Origin: Clostridia bacterium | GTDB lineage: Bacteria; Bacillota; Clostridia; Christensenellales; CAG-138 | DNA: 64,000 bases | Direction of reading: 5' to 3' | NCBI GenBank assembly: GCA_003246365.1 | Contig: QKAN01000190.1 | Location: 35,253-99,252, forward strand | The notes under the pieces: generated by a model | The model's database searches: none | Told to the model about the DNA's origin: nothing | What the model saw: only the letters and a program-made list of their open reading frames with translations | Translations under genes and position numbers: made by a program | Shown here: positions 17,356 to 28,355 of the stretch, piece after piece | Position numbering within the stretch: the first letter of the stretch is position 1 | How the letters are laid out: each line of letters starts with the position of its first letter

Positions 17356-20175
17356 ATGAAGGACATCATCATCAAAGGCGCGAGGGAACACAATCTCAAG
17401 AATGTCGATCTTGTGATTCCGCGCGACAAACTCGTTGTATTTACGGGACTTTCCGGCAGCGGAAAGTCGAGCCTTGCGTTTGACACGATCTATGCCGAAG
17501 GGCAGCGGCGCTATGTCGAAAGCCTTTCTTCTTATGCGCGCCAATTTTTGGGTCAGATGGAAAAGCCGGACATCGACAGCATCGACGGACTTTCCCCGGC
17601 AATCTCCATTGACCAGAAGAGCACGAGCCACAACCCGCGCAGTACGGTCGGCACCGTAACGGAAATTCACGATTATCTGCGCCTGCTCTATGCGCGCTGC
17701 GGCGTGCCGCACTGCCCGGACTGCGGACAGCCGATTGAAAAACAGAGCATCGACCAGGTGGTAGACCGCGTACTCGCCCTGCAGGAGGACACCAAAGCGC
17801 AGATCATCGCGCCCTGCATCCGCGGCAGAAAAGGCGAACATCAAAAATTGTTTGACGAACTCAAGCGCGAAGGCTATGTTCGCGTTCGCGTGGACGGAAC
17901 GGTCTACGATATTTCGGACGTACCCGCGCTGGATAAAAAGGTAAAACACACCATCGAAGCGGTCATCGACCGCATCGTTATCCGACCCGGCATCGACGGG
18001 CGGTTAACGGATTCGCTGGAAACGGCGTTCCGGCTTGGAAACGGGCTTGCCATCGTGGCGATTGTAGACGGCGAAGAGATGCTCTTTTCGCAGAACTATG
18101 CCTGCCCGGATTGCGGCATCAGCATTGAAGAACTGACGCCGCGCATGTTTTCGTTTAACAATCCATATGGCGCATGTCCAACCTGCTCCGGATTGGGCAC
18201 GCAACTAAAAATCGATCCCGATCTGATCATTCCGGATCAGAAATTATCGCTTGCGCAGGGTTGCGTCAATGTGATGGGCTGGAACAGCGGTTCCAAGGGA
18301 ACCATCGCGAGCATGTATTTTGACGCGCTGACCAAGCATTACGGCGTTTCGATGAAAACGCTATATGAAGAGCTGCCGGAAGAAGTGAAACACGCGATTC
18401 TATACGGCACAGGAAAAGAAAAACTGCACATTGCCTATAAAAAGGAATTCGGCAGCGGCAGTTTCGATGCGCCGTTTGAAGGAATCGTCGTCAACATGGA
18501 ACGCCGGCACCGCGAGAGTACCTCCGACTATAGCAAGCAGGACATCGAGCGCTTTATGACGCAGACGCCCTGCCCGGACTGCAAAGGCAAACGACTCAAA
18601 CGCGAAAGTCTTGCCGTTACCGTTGGGGACATCAACATTGCGGATCTTTCCGATCTGCCTGTGCGCAGCGCGCGGGATTTTCTGCGCAACCTCAAACTCG
18701 GCAAAACGCAGGCGATGATTGCCGAACAGATTCTCAAAGAAATCGACGCGCGTCTTGGTTTTCTCGTCAACGTCGGGCTCGATTATCTGACGCTTTCGCG
18801 TTCCGCCGTGTCGCTTTCCGGCGGCGAGGCGCAGCGCATCCGTCTGGCAACGCAGATTGGCAGCGGATTAATGGGCGTGCTGTACATCCTCGACGAACCC
18901 AGCATCGGCCTGCATCAGCGGGACAACGCGCGTCTCTTAAAGACCCTGCAGCGCATGCGCGATCTTGGAAACACGCTAATTGTGGTGGAACACGACGAAG
19001 AAACGATTCGAACCGCGGATTATGTGGTGGATATCGGCCCGGGCGCGGGAGAACACGGAGGAGAAGTGGTGGCGATTGGCACACCGGATGAAATTGCGGC
19101 CAACGAACGTTCCATCACCGGCGCATACCTAAGCGGGCGCATGAGCATTCCCGTGCCGAAAGAACGGAGAGCCGGAAACGGAAAATCTCTGATTATTCAC
19201 GGCGCACGGGCGCACAACCTGAAAAACATCGACGTTGAGATTCCGCTGGGCAAGTTTGTCTGTGTAACCGGCGTGTCCGGCAGCGGTAAATCGAGCCTTG
19301 TCAACGAGATCATCAAAAAATCGCTGCTGCGCGACCTCAACCGCGCGCATACGCACCCCGGCGATCACGACCGGATCGAGGGCGTTGCGGCGCTGGATAA
19401 GGTAATCGACATCGACCAAAGCCCGATTGGCCGCACACCGCGCAGCAATCCCGCAACCTATTGCGGGTTGTTCGACCTCATCCGTGCTGTGTTTGCCAAC
19501 ACGCCGGACTCGCGTATGCGCGGCTACAGCAACGGAAGATTCAGTTTCAACGTAAAAGGCGGACGCTGCGAAGCCTGCAACGGAGACGGTATCATCAAAA
19601 TCGAGATGCACTTTTTGCCGGATATCTATGTTCCCTGCGAAGTTTGCGGCGGCAAACGATATAACCGCGAAACGCTTGAGGTGCATTATAAAGGAAAAAG
19701 CATTTACGATGTGCTGGAGATGACGGTGGAAGAAGCGCTGCGTTTCTTCAAGCCGTTGCCGAAAATTGCAAGAAAATTGGAAACGCTTTACGACGTCGGC
19801 CTCGGATATGTAAAAATCGGACAGCCGAGCACGCAGCTTTCCGGCGGCGAAGCGCAGCGCGTGAAACTCGCGACGGAACTCAGCCGCAAGGATACGGGGC
19901 GCACGCTCTATATTCTCGACGAACCGACGACGGGATTGCATGTGGACGACGTGAAACGCCTGCTCGAAATTCTTCAGCGGCTTTGCGAAACGGGAAGCAG
20001 CGTTCTGGTGATTGAGCACAATCTGGACGTGATCAAGTGTGCGGATCATGTCATCGACCTCGGCCCCGAAGGCGGAGACGCGGGCGGCGGCATCGTCGCA
20101 ACCGGCACGCCGGAAGAGGTTGCCGCTGTGGAAGGCAGCTATACCGGACAGTTTTTAAAGCAGGTTTTGCTGTAA
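17356..20175 (+). CDS. uvrA: Excinuclease ABC subunit A
   Basis: [19 protein letters not shown], two LSGGEAQR signatures, zinc fingers; start placed at MKDII. Confidence 0.99.
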   Translation: MKDIIIKGAREHNLKNVDLVIPRDKLVVFTGLSGSGKSSLAFDTIYAEGQRRYVESLSSYARQFLGQMEKPDIDSIDGLSPAISIDQKSTSHNPRSTVGTVTEIHDYLRLLYARCGVPHCPDCGQPIEKQSIDQVVDRVLALQEDTKAQIIAPCIRGRKGEHQKLFDELKREGYVRVRVDGTVYDISDVPALDKKVKHTIEAVIDRIVIRPGIDGRLTDSLETAFRLGNGLAIVAIVDGEEMLFSQNYACPDCGISIEELTPRMFSFNNPYGACPTCSGLGTQLKIDPDLIIPDQKLSLAQGCVNVMGWNSGSKGTIASMYFDALTKHYGVSMKTLYEELPEEVKHAILYGTGKEKLHIAYKKEFGSGSFDAPFEGIVVNMERRHRESTSDYSKQDIERFMTQTPCPDCKGKRLKRESLAVTVGDINIADLSDLPVRSARDFLRNLKLGKTQAMIAEQILKEIDARLGFLVNVGLDYLTLSRSAVSLSGGEAQRIRLATQIGSGLMGVLYILDEPSIGLHQRDNARLLKTLQRMRDLGNTLIVVEHDEETIRTADYVVDIGPGAGEHGGEVVAIGTPDEIAANERSITGAYLSGRMSIPVPKERRAGNGKSLIIHGARAHNLKNIDVEIPLGKFVCVTGVSGSGKSSLVNEIIKKSLLRDLNRAHTHPGDHDRIEGVAALDKVIDIDQSPIGRTPRSNPATYCGLFDLIRAVFANTPDSRMRGYSNGRFSFNVKGGRCEACNGDGIIKIEMHFLPDIYVPCEVCGGKRYNRETLEVHYKGKSIYDVLEMTVEEALRFFKPLPKIARKLETLYDVGLGYVKIGQPSTQLSGGEAQRVKLATELSRKDTGRTLYILDEPTTGLHVDDVKRLLEILQRLCETGSSVLVIEHNLDVIKCADHVIDLGPEGGDAGGGIVATGTPEEVAAVEGSYTGQFLKQVLL

Positions 20176-20232
20176 ACGGTACGGCGGCAAACAAACAAAA
20201 TGGAGTTGCTTTTTGTAACAATGCTGTGACGA

Positions 20233-20268
20233 AACGGGAATGCGTGTTTGCGCGTTCCCGTTCTTATT
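20233..20268 (+). terminator. Terminator after uvrA
   Basis: AACGGGAATGCG...CGCGTTCCCGTT followed by CTTATT. Confidence 0.6.
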
Positions 20269-20378
20269 ATATAATCCAGTTGTTCTTCAAAAAGCTTTTG
20301 AATGAACCGAGCGATTCATAAAGAAGTTATTCGTTTTTACAGGAATAGACAAATGACCGGAAAGGAACTTGACCGGCT

Positions 20379-21227
20379 ATGTATACCAGATGGAGACTCT
20401 ATATCCTCGCCGTTTTTCTAGTTGTAATCGGCGTATTGCTGTTTGGCTGCCGCATCTGGCGCAAACGCGGCCATCCATTCAGCGCGCTGCGCGAAGTGTT
20501 TCTCATCCTCGGCGTGGTGCTGATTGTAGAAACCTTGATCGTTTCGACGCTGTCTAACTATAACCTCGGCGTAATCCTGCCCGCGTTTTTCGGCGTGCCG
20601 CTGGTGTTTCTGGCGTTTATGCTGCCGAAGATGGACAAAGGATTTCTGCTGTTCCTCAAGTGGCTTATGGCAATTTGCTACGCCGTCGCCATCGGCATTT
20701 TCCTCGTGTGCGGATTTTTAATGATCCGCGCGGCGAATGAGGGCAGCGATGTAGAAGCGGATGCGGTAATCGTGCTCGGTGCGGCGGTGCACGGGGACAA
20801 GGTGACCTGGGTGCTCGAAAACAGGCTGAATACCGCCATAGATTATATGGAAAAACATCCGAACGCCATCTGTGTCGTTTCCGGTGGACAGGGCAGCGGC
20901 GAAAGCGTAACGGAAGCTTCCGCGATGAAAAAATACATGGTAGAATACGGCATGGACGCCAGTCGCATCTATACCGAAGAAAAAGCGAAAAACACGAAAG
21001 AGAATTTTGAGTATTCCAAGATCATCATCGACGAGGTGTTCGGCAACAACGCGCGCATCGCGTTTATCACCACAAACTTTCATGTTTACCGCGCGGGACA
21101 GGTTGCGCGGGAACAGGGGGTCAACGCCGTCGGTATTCCGGCGGACGACGTCTGGTATCTTCGGCTTAACAACTTTCTGCGGGAATGCGTCGGCATCTGT
21201 GTGTATGCGCTCCGGGGCGATATCTGA
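20379..21227 (+). CDS. YdcF/ElyC (DUF218) family membrane protein
   Basis: N-terminal TMs; IVLGAAV, VSGGQG...TEA..M, EEKAKNTKEN, TTNFHVYRA, FLRE. Confidence 0.88.
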   Translation: MYTRWRLYILAVFLVVIGVLLFGCRIWRKRGHPFSALREVFLILGVVLIVETLIVSTLSNYNLGVILPAFFGVPLVFLAFMLPKMDKGFLLFLKWLMAICYAVAIGIFLVCGFLMIRAANEGSDVEADAVIVLGAAVHGDKVTWVLENRLNTAIDYMEKHPNAICVVSGGQGSGESVTEASAMKKYMVEYGMDASRIYTEEKAKNTKENFEYSKIIIDEVFGNNARIAFITTNFHVYRAGQVAREQGVNAVGIPADDVWYLRLNNFLRECVGICVYALRGDI

Positions 21228-21313
21228 CGGGCGCTTCCAAATCGGATCGGGTTGCGGGAAAAGCGGAATGTGTGTATGATGTTTTGTGGAATTGAAATTG
21301 TTGAGGTAACGAT

Positions 21314-22150
21314 ATGACGATATGGCTTGCGATGCTGCTGGGGTTTGTTCAGGGAATAGCCGAATTTTTGCCGGTGAGCAGCAGCGGACACCTGCTCCTG
21401 CTCCAAAAACTGTTTGGCGTTTCGGAAGGCGCGTTGTTTTTCACCGTTATGTTGCATCTTGCAACGTTGATTGCGGTGTTTATCGTATATTGGGAAACGT
21501 TGATTGCGCTGATCAAAAAACCGTTCCAAAAAACGGTGCTGTTGCTGATCATCGCGACCATCCCTGCGGTGGTCGTCGCGCTGCTTTCTTCAAAAGTAGA
21601 GTTGTTTGCCTCTTTCTTTGCCGCCGCGGAGGCGGGGCAGTATCTCGGCTATTGCTTCCTTCTCACTTCGGTGTTGCTGTTGCTGAGCGATAACATCAAA
21701 CACACACAGACAGACGAAAATGGAAACAAGGTTCCGAAAAAAGGGAAGAAGATGAAGGACGTTACGGTGACCGACGCGGTCGTCATCGGCTGTATGCAAG
21801 GCGTCGGTGTTCTGCCCGGCGTGTCGCGTTCCGGCAGCACGATTTCCGGTGCGCTCTTTACGGGGTTAAACCGCAAAACCGCGGCGGACTTTTCCTTTCT
21901 GATGTCGATTCCGGCGATCCTTGGCGGCGCGGTGTTCGAGATTCCGGGTGCAATTGAAACTGGAATGAGCGGCATGCACTGGACGACGCTCGTCGCCGGC
22001 ATGATTGTTGCGGGATTGACGGGGTATTTCGCCATCAAGCTGATGATCTCCGCTGTCAAGAAAAAGAAACTCTGGGGATTCGCGGCGTATACCGCCATAC
22101 TCGGCGTGCTGATTCTGATTGACCAGTTCGCAACGCATCTGTTCTTCTAA
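21314..22150 (+). CDS. uppP: Undecaprenyl-diphosphate phosphatase
   Basis: QGIAEFLPVSSSGH, PGVSRSGSTI, FSFLMSIPA. Confidence 0.97.
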   Translation: MTIWLAMLLGFVQGIAEFLPVSSSGHLLLLQKLFGVSEGALFFTVMLHLATLIAVFIVYWETLIALIKKPFQKTVLLLIIATIPAVVVALLSSKVELFASFFAAAEAGQYLGYCFLLTSVLLLLSDNIKHTQTDENGNKVPKKGKKMKDVTVTDAVVIGCMQGVGVLPGVSRSGSTISGALFTGLNRKTAADFSFLMSIPAILGGAVFEIPGAIETGMSGMHWTTLVAGMIVAGLTGYFAIKLMISAVKKKKLWGFAAYTAILGVLILIDQFATHLFF

Positions 22151-22163
22151 AGAAAACGCATTT

Positions 22164-22195
22164 AAAAACCGGCGGGAGCTCCCGCCGGTTTTTTT
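22164..22195. terminator. Bidirectional terminator
   Basis: Perfect palindrome AAAAACCGGCGGGAGCTCCCGCCGGTTTTT. Confidence 0.85.
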
Positions 22196-22203
22196 GCTTA
22201 TGG

Positions 22204-22713
22204 CTAAAGTTGAATGATATAGCGTACCGCCTGCAGCTCAATTTCGATGGTTACCGTTTGGCGCGCGCCGTCGCGGCGCATACCCTGCGATTCATAAAAC
22301 GAGATTGCGCGGAGATTTTCTTCCAACACCCAGCAGCAAAGATGTGTGAACCCTTGCGTGCGTGCTTCGCTTTTCAGGTGTTGAAGTAAATGTTTTCCGT
22401 AGCCAAGCCGCCAAACTTCCGGCAGAAAATAGAAAAAACTGAATTCCGCCGTGTTGGTTAAATCCTGATCGCGCGTCGGGTGCAGATCCGCCGTGCCGAC
22501 GGGTATGCTGTCCGCTTCCAGCAGATAACAGCGCAGGCTTGCCGTGTGGCGCAATCCTTCGGCAAGCTGCCGCTCGCGCGGCAGGCGATCCAGCTTATCC
22601 AGATAGCTCTGTGGCACGATGCCCGCGTAGGCTTTTTTCCATGCAGAATTGATGATTGAGGCGATAACGGGCGCATCATCGACGGAAGCGGGACGGATTT
22701 TAATTTCATTCAT
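22204..22713 (-). CDS. GNAT N-acetyltransferase
   Basis: SAWKKAYAGIVP, PEVWRLGYG, WVLEEN.RAISFYE; RBS CAGGAGG before MNEIK. Confidence 0.85.
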   Translation of the reverse strand: MNEIKIRPASVDDAPVIASIINSAWKKAYAGIVPQSYLDKLDRLPRERQLAEGLRHTASLRCYLLEADSIPVGTADLHPTRDQDLTNTAEFSFFYFLPEVWRLGYGKHLLQHLKSEARTQGFTHLCCWVLEENLRAISFYESQGMRRDGARQTVTIEIELQAVRYIIQL

Positions 22714-22785
22714 AATATCCTCCTGCATCTGCCGGGAACGAACCCGTCGTTGCTGCATCATTGATATTGTTTTGCGAATGCGCGG

Positions 22786-24003
22786 TTATTGCGCGGTTGG
22801 CGGAGCAACCGGCGGAACCGCGTGTTTATGTTTGGGTTCCACCTCGATTTCGCCCGCTTTAATGAGCGAGAACTTGGTTACGATCGGGCCGACCAGCTCG
22901 TAAATTAGCGTTGCGCAGAGGATGACGGCCTGAATGGACGCGCCATATTCCGGCAGCTCGCGCACAACCAGCTGCGCAATACCGATTGCGACGCCGGCTT
23001 GCGGGATGAGCGAGAAGCCGAGATATTTTCGTATTTTATGCGATGTTTTGGAAATTGTGCAGCCGATGAACGCGCCGAAATATTTGCCCAGTACACGCGT
23101 GATAATGTACACAACGCCGATTACGCCGAGAGACGGCAAAACGGAAACGTTCAGCTCCGCGCCGGAGAGCACGAAAAACAGCATGAACAGCGGGGGCGTC
23201 CAGGCGTCCGCTTGCTCAAGCGTTTGAATCGCGTCGTCACGCAGGTTGACATAGGTTGCGCCGATTGCCATGCAGACAAGCAGATGGGACAGATTGAACT
23301 GCTGCGCAAGACCAACACCGAGCAGCACCGCCGCAATGCTGATGGTAAGGCGGTTGGCACGACTCTTGAAAAACCGGTTGGAGAGCGCGACCAGCAATCC
23401 GATAACCGCGCCGCCGCCGAGTGAGAATACGATTTCCAATACGGGATCGACGATGGTGGTCATCACGTTGAATGCTTCGCCGTTTTGAATCATTTTCGCA
23501 ACAGAGACCGAAAGCGCATAGGCCATGAGCCCGATCGCGTCGTCCATCGCAACGACGGGCAGCAATGTGCTGGTCAGTTCGCCCTTTGCGTGATATTGCC
23601 GAACGACAAGCAGCGTTGCCGCAGGCGCAGTCGCCGCGGCAATTGCGCCGAGGCAGAGCGCCATCGGAACCGGAAACCCGAGCAAGCTCACAACGACGTC
23701 AACCAGAATTACGGCGCCGAGCGCTTCGCAAGCCGTGATGACGAGAATCTTGCTGCCGATTGCCCGGATATGCGCGAGTTTAAATTCACTGCCGATGGAA
23801 AAGGCGATAAAGCCCAGCGCCGCGACGGTGATGACGTCCAGCGTTGCAAGCGCATCGACGGAGATCAGTTTGAAACAATACGGTCCGATCAAAAGACCCG
23901 CAACAAGGTATCCCGTTACGTTCGGAAGATTGACTAGTTTGGCGACGCGGGTTAAAAGAAGTCCCGCGATCATGGCAAGAGAAATAATGAATAACGTATG
24001 CAT
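22786..24003 (-). CDS. Cation:proton antiporter (CPA2-like)
   Basis: About 12 TMs; LPNVTGYL, AIAAATAPAAT, VAMDDA, PQAGVAIG. Confidence 0.88.
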   Translation of the reverse strand: MHTLFIISLAMIAGLLLTRVAKLVNLPNVTGYLVAGLLIGPYCFKLISVDALATLDVITVAALGFIAFSIGSEFKLAHIRAIGSKILVITACEALGAVILVDVVVSLLGFPVPMALCLGAIAAATAPAATLLVVRQYHAKGELTSTLLPVVAMDDAIGLMAYALSVSVAKMIQNGEAFNVMTTIVDPVLEIVFSLGGGAVIGLLVALSNRFFKSRANRLTISIAAVLLGVGLAQQFNLSHLLVCMAIGATYVNLRDDAIQTLEQADAWTPPLFMLFFVLSGAELNVSVLPSLGVIGVVYIITRVLGKYFGAFIGCTISKTSHKIRKYLGFSLIPQAGVAIGIAQLVVRELPEYGASIQAVILCATLIYELVGPIVTKFSLIKAGEIEVEPKHKHAVPPVAPPTAQ

Positions 24004-24004
24004 G

Positions 24005-24352
24005 TTACTTGTGCGAAACTCCTTCCCAGTTCATAACCGGCACGGTGAAAAAGATACCGGTATTCGGGCCGTGAAGATCTCCAGCAACGCTGTGAATAAT
24101 GTCTTTCACAAGGGGAACGTCTTCGTCTTTCAGCACGATCAATATCATCTTGTTCGTTTGACGGCAGGGGTTGATGAACTGACGAAGCGAGCCGAAAATC
24201 GGCGGGGCGTCTTCCGCGTTGCATTCGCTCAGCGTGGTGAGCATACCTTGGCAGTCGACAACGCTTGCGCCTTTTAACCCGGCTTCCATCATTTTGGTAA
24301 AAATCGGCGTAACGCTTTCCTCATGGTTGGTGATATGGACAAAGAGCTGCAT
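24005..24352 (-). CDS. PII-like signalling protein
   Basis: 115 aa; GLKGASVVDCQG, PPIFGSLR, GDLHGPNTGIFFTVPV...G (PII B-loop-like); stop 1 nt before the antiporter ATG. Confidence 0.75.
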   Translation of the reverse strand: MQLFVHITNHEESVTPIFTKMMEAGLKGASVVDCQGMLTTLSECNAEDAPPIFGSLRQFINPCRQTNKMILIVLKDEDVPLVKDIIHSVAGDLHGPNTGIFFTVPVMNWEGVSHK

Positions 24353-24482
24353 AGACCCGTCTCCTTTTCAGCGACGCAGGCGTTTTTTGTGTTGGAGCAA
24401 TCGCCTTTTCGCGCCGCATTATTCGATGTGTTTTCGACTTGGTAACAATAGAAAACTACGCCGATTTACCGCGTTTGTCAAT

Positions 24483-24511
24483 AGACGCACGCGTGTTGCG
24501 CGTGCGTCTAA
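24483..24511 (-). terminator. Hairpin after yhaM, abutting a TTGACA -35 element for the PII-like/antiporter operon
   Basis: TAGACGCACGCG-TGTTG-CGCGTGCGTCTA. Confidence 0.5.
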
Positions 24512-24544
24512 ATGATTTAACCGTATTCTATTATTTTATTTGGT

Positions 24545-25522
24545 TTACTTGCTTTCGCCGCGTTTCAGGTGCCCGTGACCGTGGCAATAAATCTGGCGGT
24601 TGTCCAGCGCCCACTGCCGCTCGGAAAATGCGCCGACGGATACACCGGAGAGCGCATCAAACATTTCATACATCTTGCTGTCGAGCAAGTCGATTTCTGC
24701 GAGCACTTCCGCCTCCGGAAACATTGGCAGTTTCGGACTGCCAAACTCCGCCTGTCCGTGATGCGCCAGCAGCATGTGCTCCACCAGCATTGCGGTTTCT
24801 TCCGGCACGCCGAGCATTTCGCAGGCGGCGGAAACATCCGATATGCCGATGGATATATGTCCGACCAGTTGCCCGCGTGCGGTGTATCCGCTCGCGATGC
24901 CAAGCTCGCCGGTTTCCAATTCCTTGAGTTTGCCGATATCGTGCAGAATTGCGCCGGTATAAATCAAATCCCCGTCCAGCGCGGGATAGATGTCGATGAT
25001 GGACTTGGCGAGTTTCGTCAGCGTCCAGGTGTGGTGCAGCAGACCGCCGCGCGTTGCGTGATGCAGCTTGACCGCAGCGGGGAAAAACAGAAGTTTGTCT
25101 TTGTTTTCCCGCATGATGTATTGCACCAACCGTCTTAAGTCGTCGTCCTGAAACTTTTCCGCAAGCGAAAACAGCTCGTCGAACAGCCATTCCGGATCAA
25201 ACGGCGAACACGGCAGCAGTTTGGACATATCAACATCGTCCTCCGGCGTTACGCGGCGGATTTTGTCGATTTTGAGTTGTTCTGTGTCTTTCCAGATATT
25301 GATTGATCCGCGCACTTTGATGACGTCGTCCGGATCATAGGTGCCGTGCAGTTCTTTGCTGTAGTCCCAGAGTTTCGCGGCGCAGTCGCCTTCGCTGTCC
25401 GCAACGATTAAATCGAGGTATTCGGTTCCTTTTATATTGGTTTTTACGCTTACGCTTTTGATGAGGCAGAATCCCTCGAATGTTTGTCCGTTGCTTTCGT
25501 TGAGTAAACGCATGCGGCTCAT
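24545..25522 (-). CDS. yhaM: 3'-5' exoribonuclease YhaM family (OB + HD)
   Basis: DSEG...AKLWD, PAAVKLHHA..GGLLHH, ILHDIGK, GHI, LAHHG..EFGSP. Confidence 0.9.
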   Translation of the reverse strand: MSRMRLLNESNGQTFEGFCLIKSVSVKTNIKGTEYLDLIVADSEGDCAAKLWDYSKELHGTYDPDDVIKVRGSINIWKDTEQLKIDKIRRVTPEDDVDMSKLLPCSPFDPEWLFDELFSLAEKFQDDDLRRLVQYIMRENKDKLLFFPAAVKLHHATRGGLLHHTWTLTKLAKSIIDIYPALDGDLIYTGAILHDIGKLKELETGELGIASGYTARGQLVGHISIGISDVSAACEMLGVPEETAMLVEHMLLAHHGQAEFGSPKLPMFPEAEVLAEIDLLDSKMYEMFDALSGVSVGAFSERQWALDNRQIYCHGHGHLKRGESK

Positions 25523-25694
25523 GATTGTTTTCCCCCTGGTCATTTGGCGCAATCACGCCTTTTTCTTAGTATAGCATACTCCCGTCCGCCCCGCGCAACC
25601 TTTCGCGCAATCCGCCGCGTTGCCAGCAACCGCCTTGTGTGGTAAAATGCGCGTGTGCATGGACGCGGGACGATATTGATCGCGTCCAAAAGGA

Positions 25695-27611
25695 ATGGAA
25701 CAAAGAAACCAAATGACATTTGATTCGCAAATTTACGACATCGTCGTTATCGGCGCGGGGCACGCGGGGGTGGAAGCATCGCTTGCCTGCGCACGAATGG
25801 GGCAAAAGACGCTTCTATTAACATTAAACCTTGACTCGGTGGGGCTTATGCCCTGCAATCCGGCCATTGGCGGCACAGGAAAGGGGCATCTCGTGCGCGA
25901 GATTGACGCGCTCGGCGGAGAGATGGGTCTTGCCGCGGATGATACGCTGATTCAGATGCGCATGCTCAACACCGGCAAAGGTCCGGCGGTGCATTCTCTG
26001 CGCGCGCAGATGGACAAACGCCGCTATCACGAGCGCGTGAAGCGCGCGATGGAAGAACAGGAAAACCTCACCCTCGTGCAAGGCGAGGCGAGCCGCTTTC
26101 GTACAGAAGGCGGACGCATCAGCGGAGTAGAGACCGCGGAAGGGTTTGTCTATGAGTGCCGCGCGGCTGTCGTCTGCGCGGGCGTTTATATGAAGAGCCG
26201 GATTCTCATCGGCGAGCTCGCGCGAAACAGCGGTCCCGCTGGATTGCTGCGGAGCGAAACGCTCTCGGATGCGCTCAAGGAACTCGGCGTTCCGTTGCAG
26301 CGGTTTAAAACGGGTACGCCCGCGCGCGTCAACGGATTAACACTCGATTACAACGAAATGGAACGGCAGGACGGTGATGTACCGATGCCCGCGTTTTCGT
26401 TTCTCAACGGTAGACTGGAACGCGAACAGACGCCGTGCTATTTAACCTATACCAACGACGAAACGCACCGCGTAATACTGGAAAATCTGCATCGTTCTGC
26501 CATGTACAGCGGAAAGATCAACGCGACGGGCACGCGATATTGTCCCAGCATCGAGGACAAGCTTGTTCGCTTTGCGGACAAGGAACGGCACCAGATTTTT
26601 ATCGAACCGGAAGGAAACACGACCAACGAAATGTATGTACAGGGCATGAGCACGAGCCTGCCGGGCGAAGTGCAGATTGCGATGCTGCGCACCATGCCGG
26701 GATTGCACCGCTGCGAAGTGATGCGCCTTGGCTATGCGATTGAATACGACTGCATCGATCCGACTGCGTTGGATGCTTCGCTGAATGTGCGCGCCGTGCC
26801 CGGTCTCTATCTGGCGGGACAGGTGAACGGCACAAGCGGATATGAGGAAGCCGCCGCGCAAGGTCTGCTCGCGGGCATCAATGCCGCGTTCTACTGCCGC
26901 GGGGAAGAACCGCTGACCCTCGGGCGCGATGAAGCATATCTTGGCGTACTGGTGGACGATCTTTCGGTCAAAGGAACGCCGGAACCGTATCGCATGATGA
27001 CGTCGAGATGCGAATACCGTCTGCTGCTCCGACAGGACAATGCGGACGATCGGCTGACGCACAAATCTCTGCGCACGGGGTTAATCTCCGCCGAGCGGTA
27101 CGAGCGATTGATGCAAAAGCGCGAACGCGTAGAAACCGCATTGCTCTCTCTCGAAAAAAACGCGCCGCCGACGGAAACGCTCAAACAGCTTTTGATCGAT
27201 CGCGGAGAGAGCGTGCCGCAAAATGGCGTAAAGTTATTCGATTTGCTCAAGCGCACAAACATCCGCTATACCGATTTGCTTTCGATCTTCGATTCGCTTT
27301 CCCCGCTGGATTGGGAAACGGAAGAGCGCGTGGAAACCCTTGCGCGATATGACGGATATATCCAGAAACAGCAGGAGCAGGTCAACCGCAGCCGCGCGCT
27401 GGAAAACACGCCGCTGCCGCAGGACATCGACTATCTGACGCTGGACGGGCTTCGGTTGGAAGCGCGCCAGAAGCTCAACAAACATAAACCCGCGAACATC
27501 GGCATGGCGGGGCGCATCTCCGGCGTTACGCCGGCGGACGTAAACGTGCTGCTGATCTACCTGAAGCGCGGGTTTCACGCCGCGGAACCGAAAGGGGAGG
27601 AACGCGCTTGA
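25695..27611 (+). CDS. mnmG: tRNA uridine 5-carboxymethylaminomethyl modification enzyme MnmG/GidA
   Basis: GAGHAG, MPCNPAIGG, RFKTGTP, RYCPSIEDK, GYAIEYD, AGQVNGTSGYEEAAAQG; start may be 25713. Confidence 0.98.
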   Translation: MEQRNQMTFDSQIYDIVVIGAGHAGVEASLACARMGQKTLLLTLNLDSVGLMPCNPAIGGTGKGHLVREIDALGGEMGLAADDTLIQMRMLNTGKGPAVHSLRAQMDKRRYHERVKRAMEEQENLTLVQGEASRFRTEGGRISGVETAEGFVYECRAAVVCAGVYMKSRILIGELARNSGPAGLLRSETLSDALKELGVPLQRFKTGTPARVNGLTLDYNEMERQDGDVPMPAFSFLNGRLEREQTPCYLTYTNDETHRVILENLHRSAMYSGKINATGTRYCPSIEDKLVRFADKERHQIFIEPEGNTTNEMYVQGMSTSLPGEVQIAMLRTMPGLHRCEVMRLGYAIEYDCIDPTALDASLNVRAVPGLYLAGQVNGTSGYEEAAAQGLLAGINAAFYCRGEEPLTLGRDEAYLGVLVDDLSVKGTPEPYRMMTSRCEYRLLLRQDNADDRLTHKSLRTGLISAERYERLMQKRERVETALLSLEKNAPPTETLKQLLIDRGESVPQNGVKLFDLLKRTNIRYTDLLSIFDSLSPLDWETEERVETLARYDGYIQKQQEQVNRSRALENTPLPQDIDYLTLDGLRLEARQKLNKHKPANIGMAGRISGVTPADVNVLLIYLKRGFHAAEPKGEERA

Positions 27612-28288
27612 TTCAAGAATTGCTATCACCGCTGCGTCCCGACCTGAAACCGGAGCAGTTAAATCAGTTTGAAACCTATTTCAATATGCTCGCGGACTGG
27701 AACACGCGGGTAAACCTCACCGCGATTACCGACCCGGAAGGCGTTGTAAAAAAGCACTTTTTGGATTCGCTTGCCGCGGAACCATACTTAAAACCTGGTG
27801 CGCGCGTGATCGACGTCGGCACCGGTGCGGGGTTTCCCGGCGTGCCGCTGCTGATTGTGCGGCCGGATCTGAAAGTGACGCTGATGGACAGCCTGCAAAA
27901 ACGGCTTGTATTTCTGGAAGCGCTATTAAATGAGCTAGGGTTATCGGCGGAGCGCGTACATGCGCGGGCCGAGGACGCAGGACAAAACCCGCTGTATCGG
28001 GAAAAATTTGACGTTGCGTTGACGCGCGCGGTGTCCGGCCTGCCCGCGCTTTGCGAACTGACGCTGCCGCTGGTCAAAGTCGGCGGAATCAGCATTGCGT
28101 ATAAGGGCGATGCAGAAGAAGAACTTCAGTCGGCAAACAATGCGCTGCAAATATTGCATGCAACGGCGGAGCGCGTTTCGGTTTCTTCCGATTATGGTGC
28201 GCGGGAATTGGTTGTTTTAACGAAACACGGAGCAACACCGAAGCAATATCCCAGGAAAGCCGGAACGCCTTCGAAGAAACCGTTATAA
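27608..28288 (+). CDS. rsmG: 16S rRNA m7G527 methyltransferase RsmG/GidB
   Basis: NLTAI, HFLDS, DVGTGAGFPG, RAE, YPRKAG. Confidence 0.97.
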   Translation: MIQELLSPLRPDLKPEQLNQFETYFNMLADWNTRVNLTAITDPEGVVKKHFLDSLAAEPYLKPGARVIDVGTGAGFPGVPLLIVRPDLKVTLMDSLQKRLVFLEALLNELGLSAERVHARAEDAGQNPLYREKFDVALTRAVSGLPALCELTLPLVKVGGISIAYKGDAEEELQSANNALQILHATAERVSVSSDYGARELVVLTKHGATPKQYPRKAGTPSKKPL

Positions 28289-28355
28289 AAGCTTATATTA
28301 TTCGAAACAAAATAGAAGAATTAATTTTGAAGTACTTGCTATAAAGGAAAAAGAG

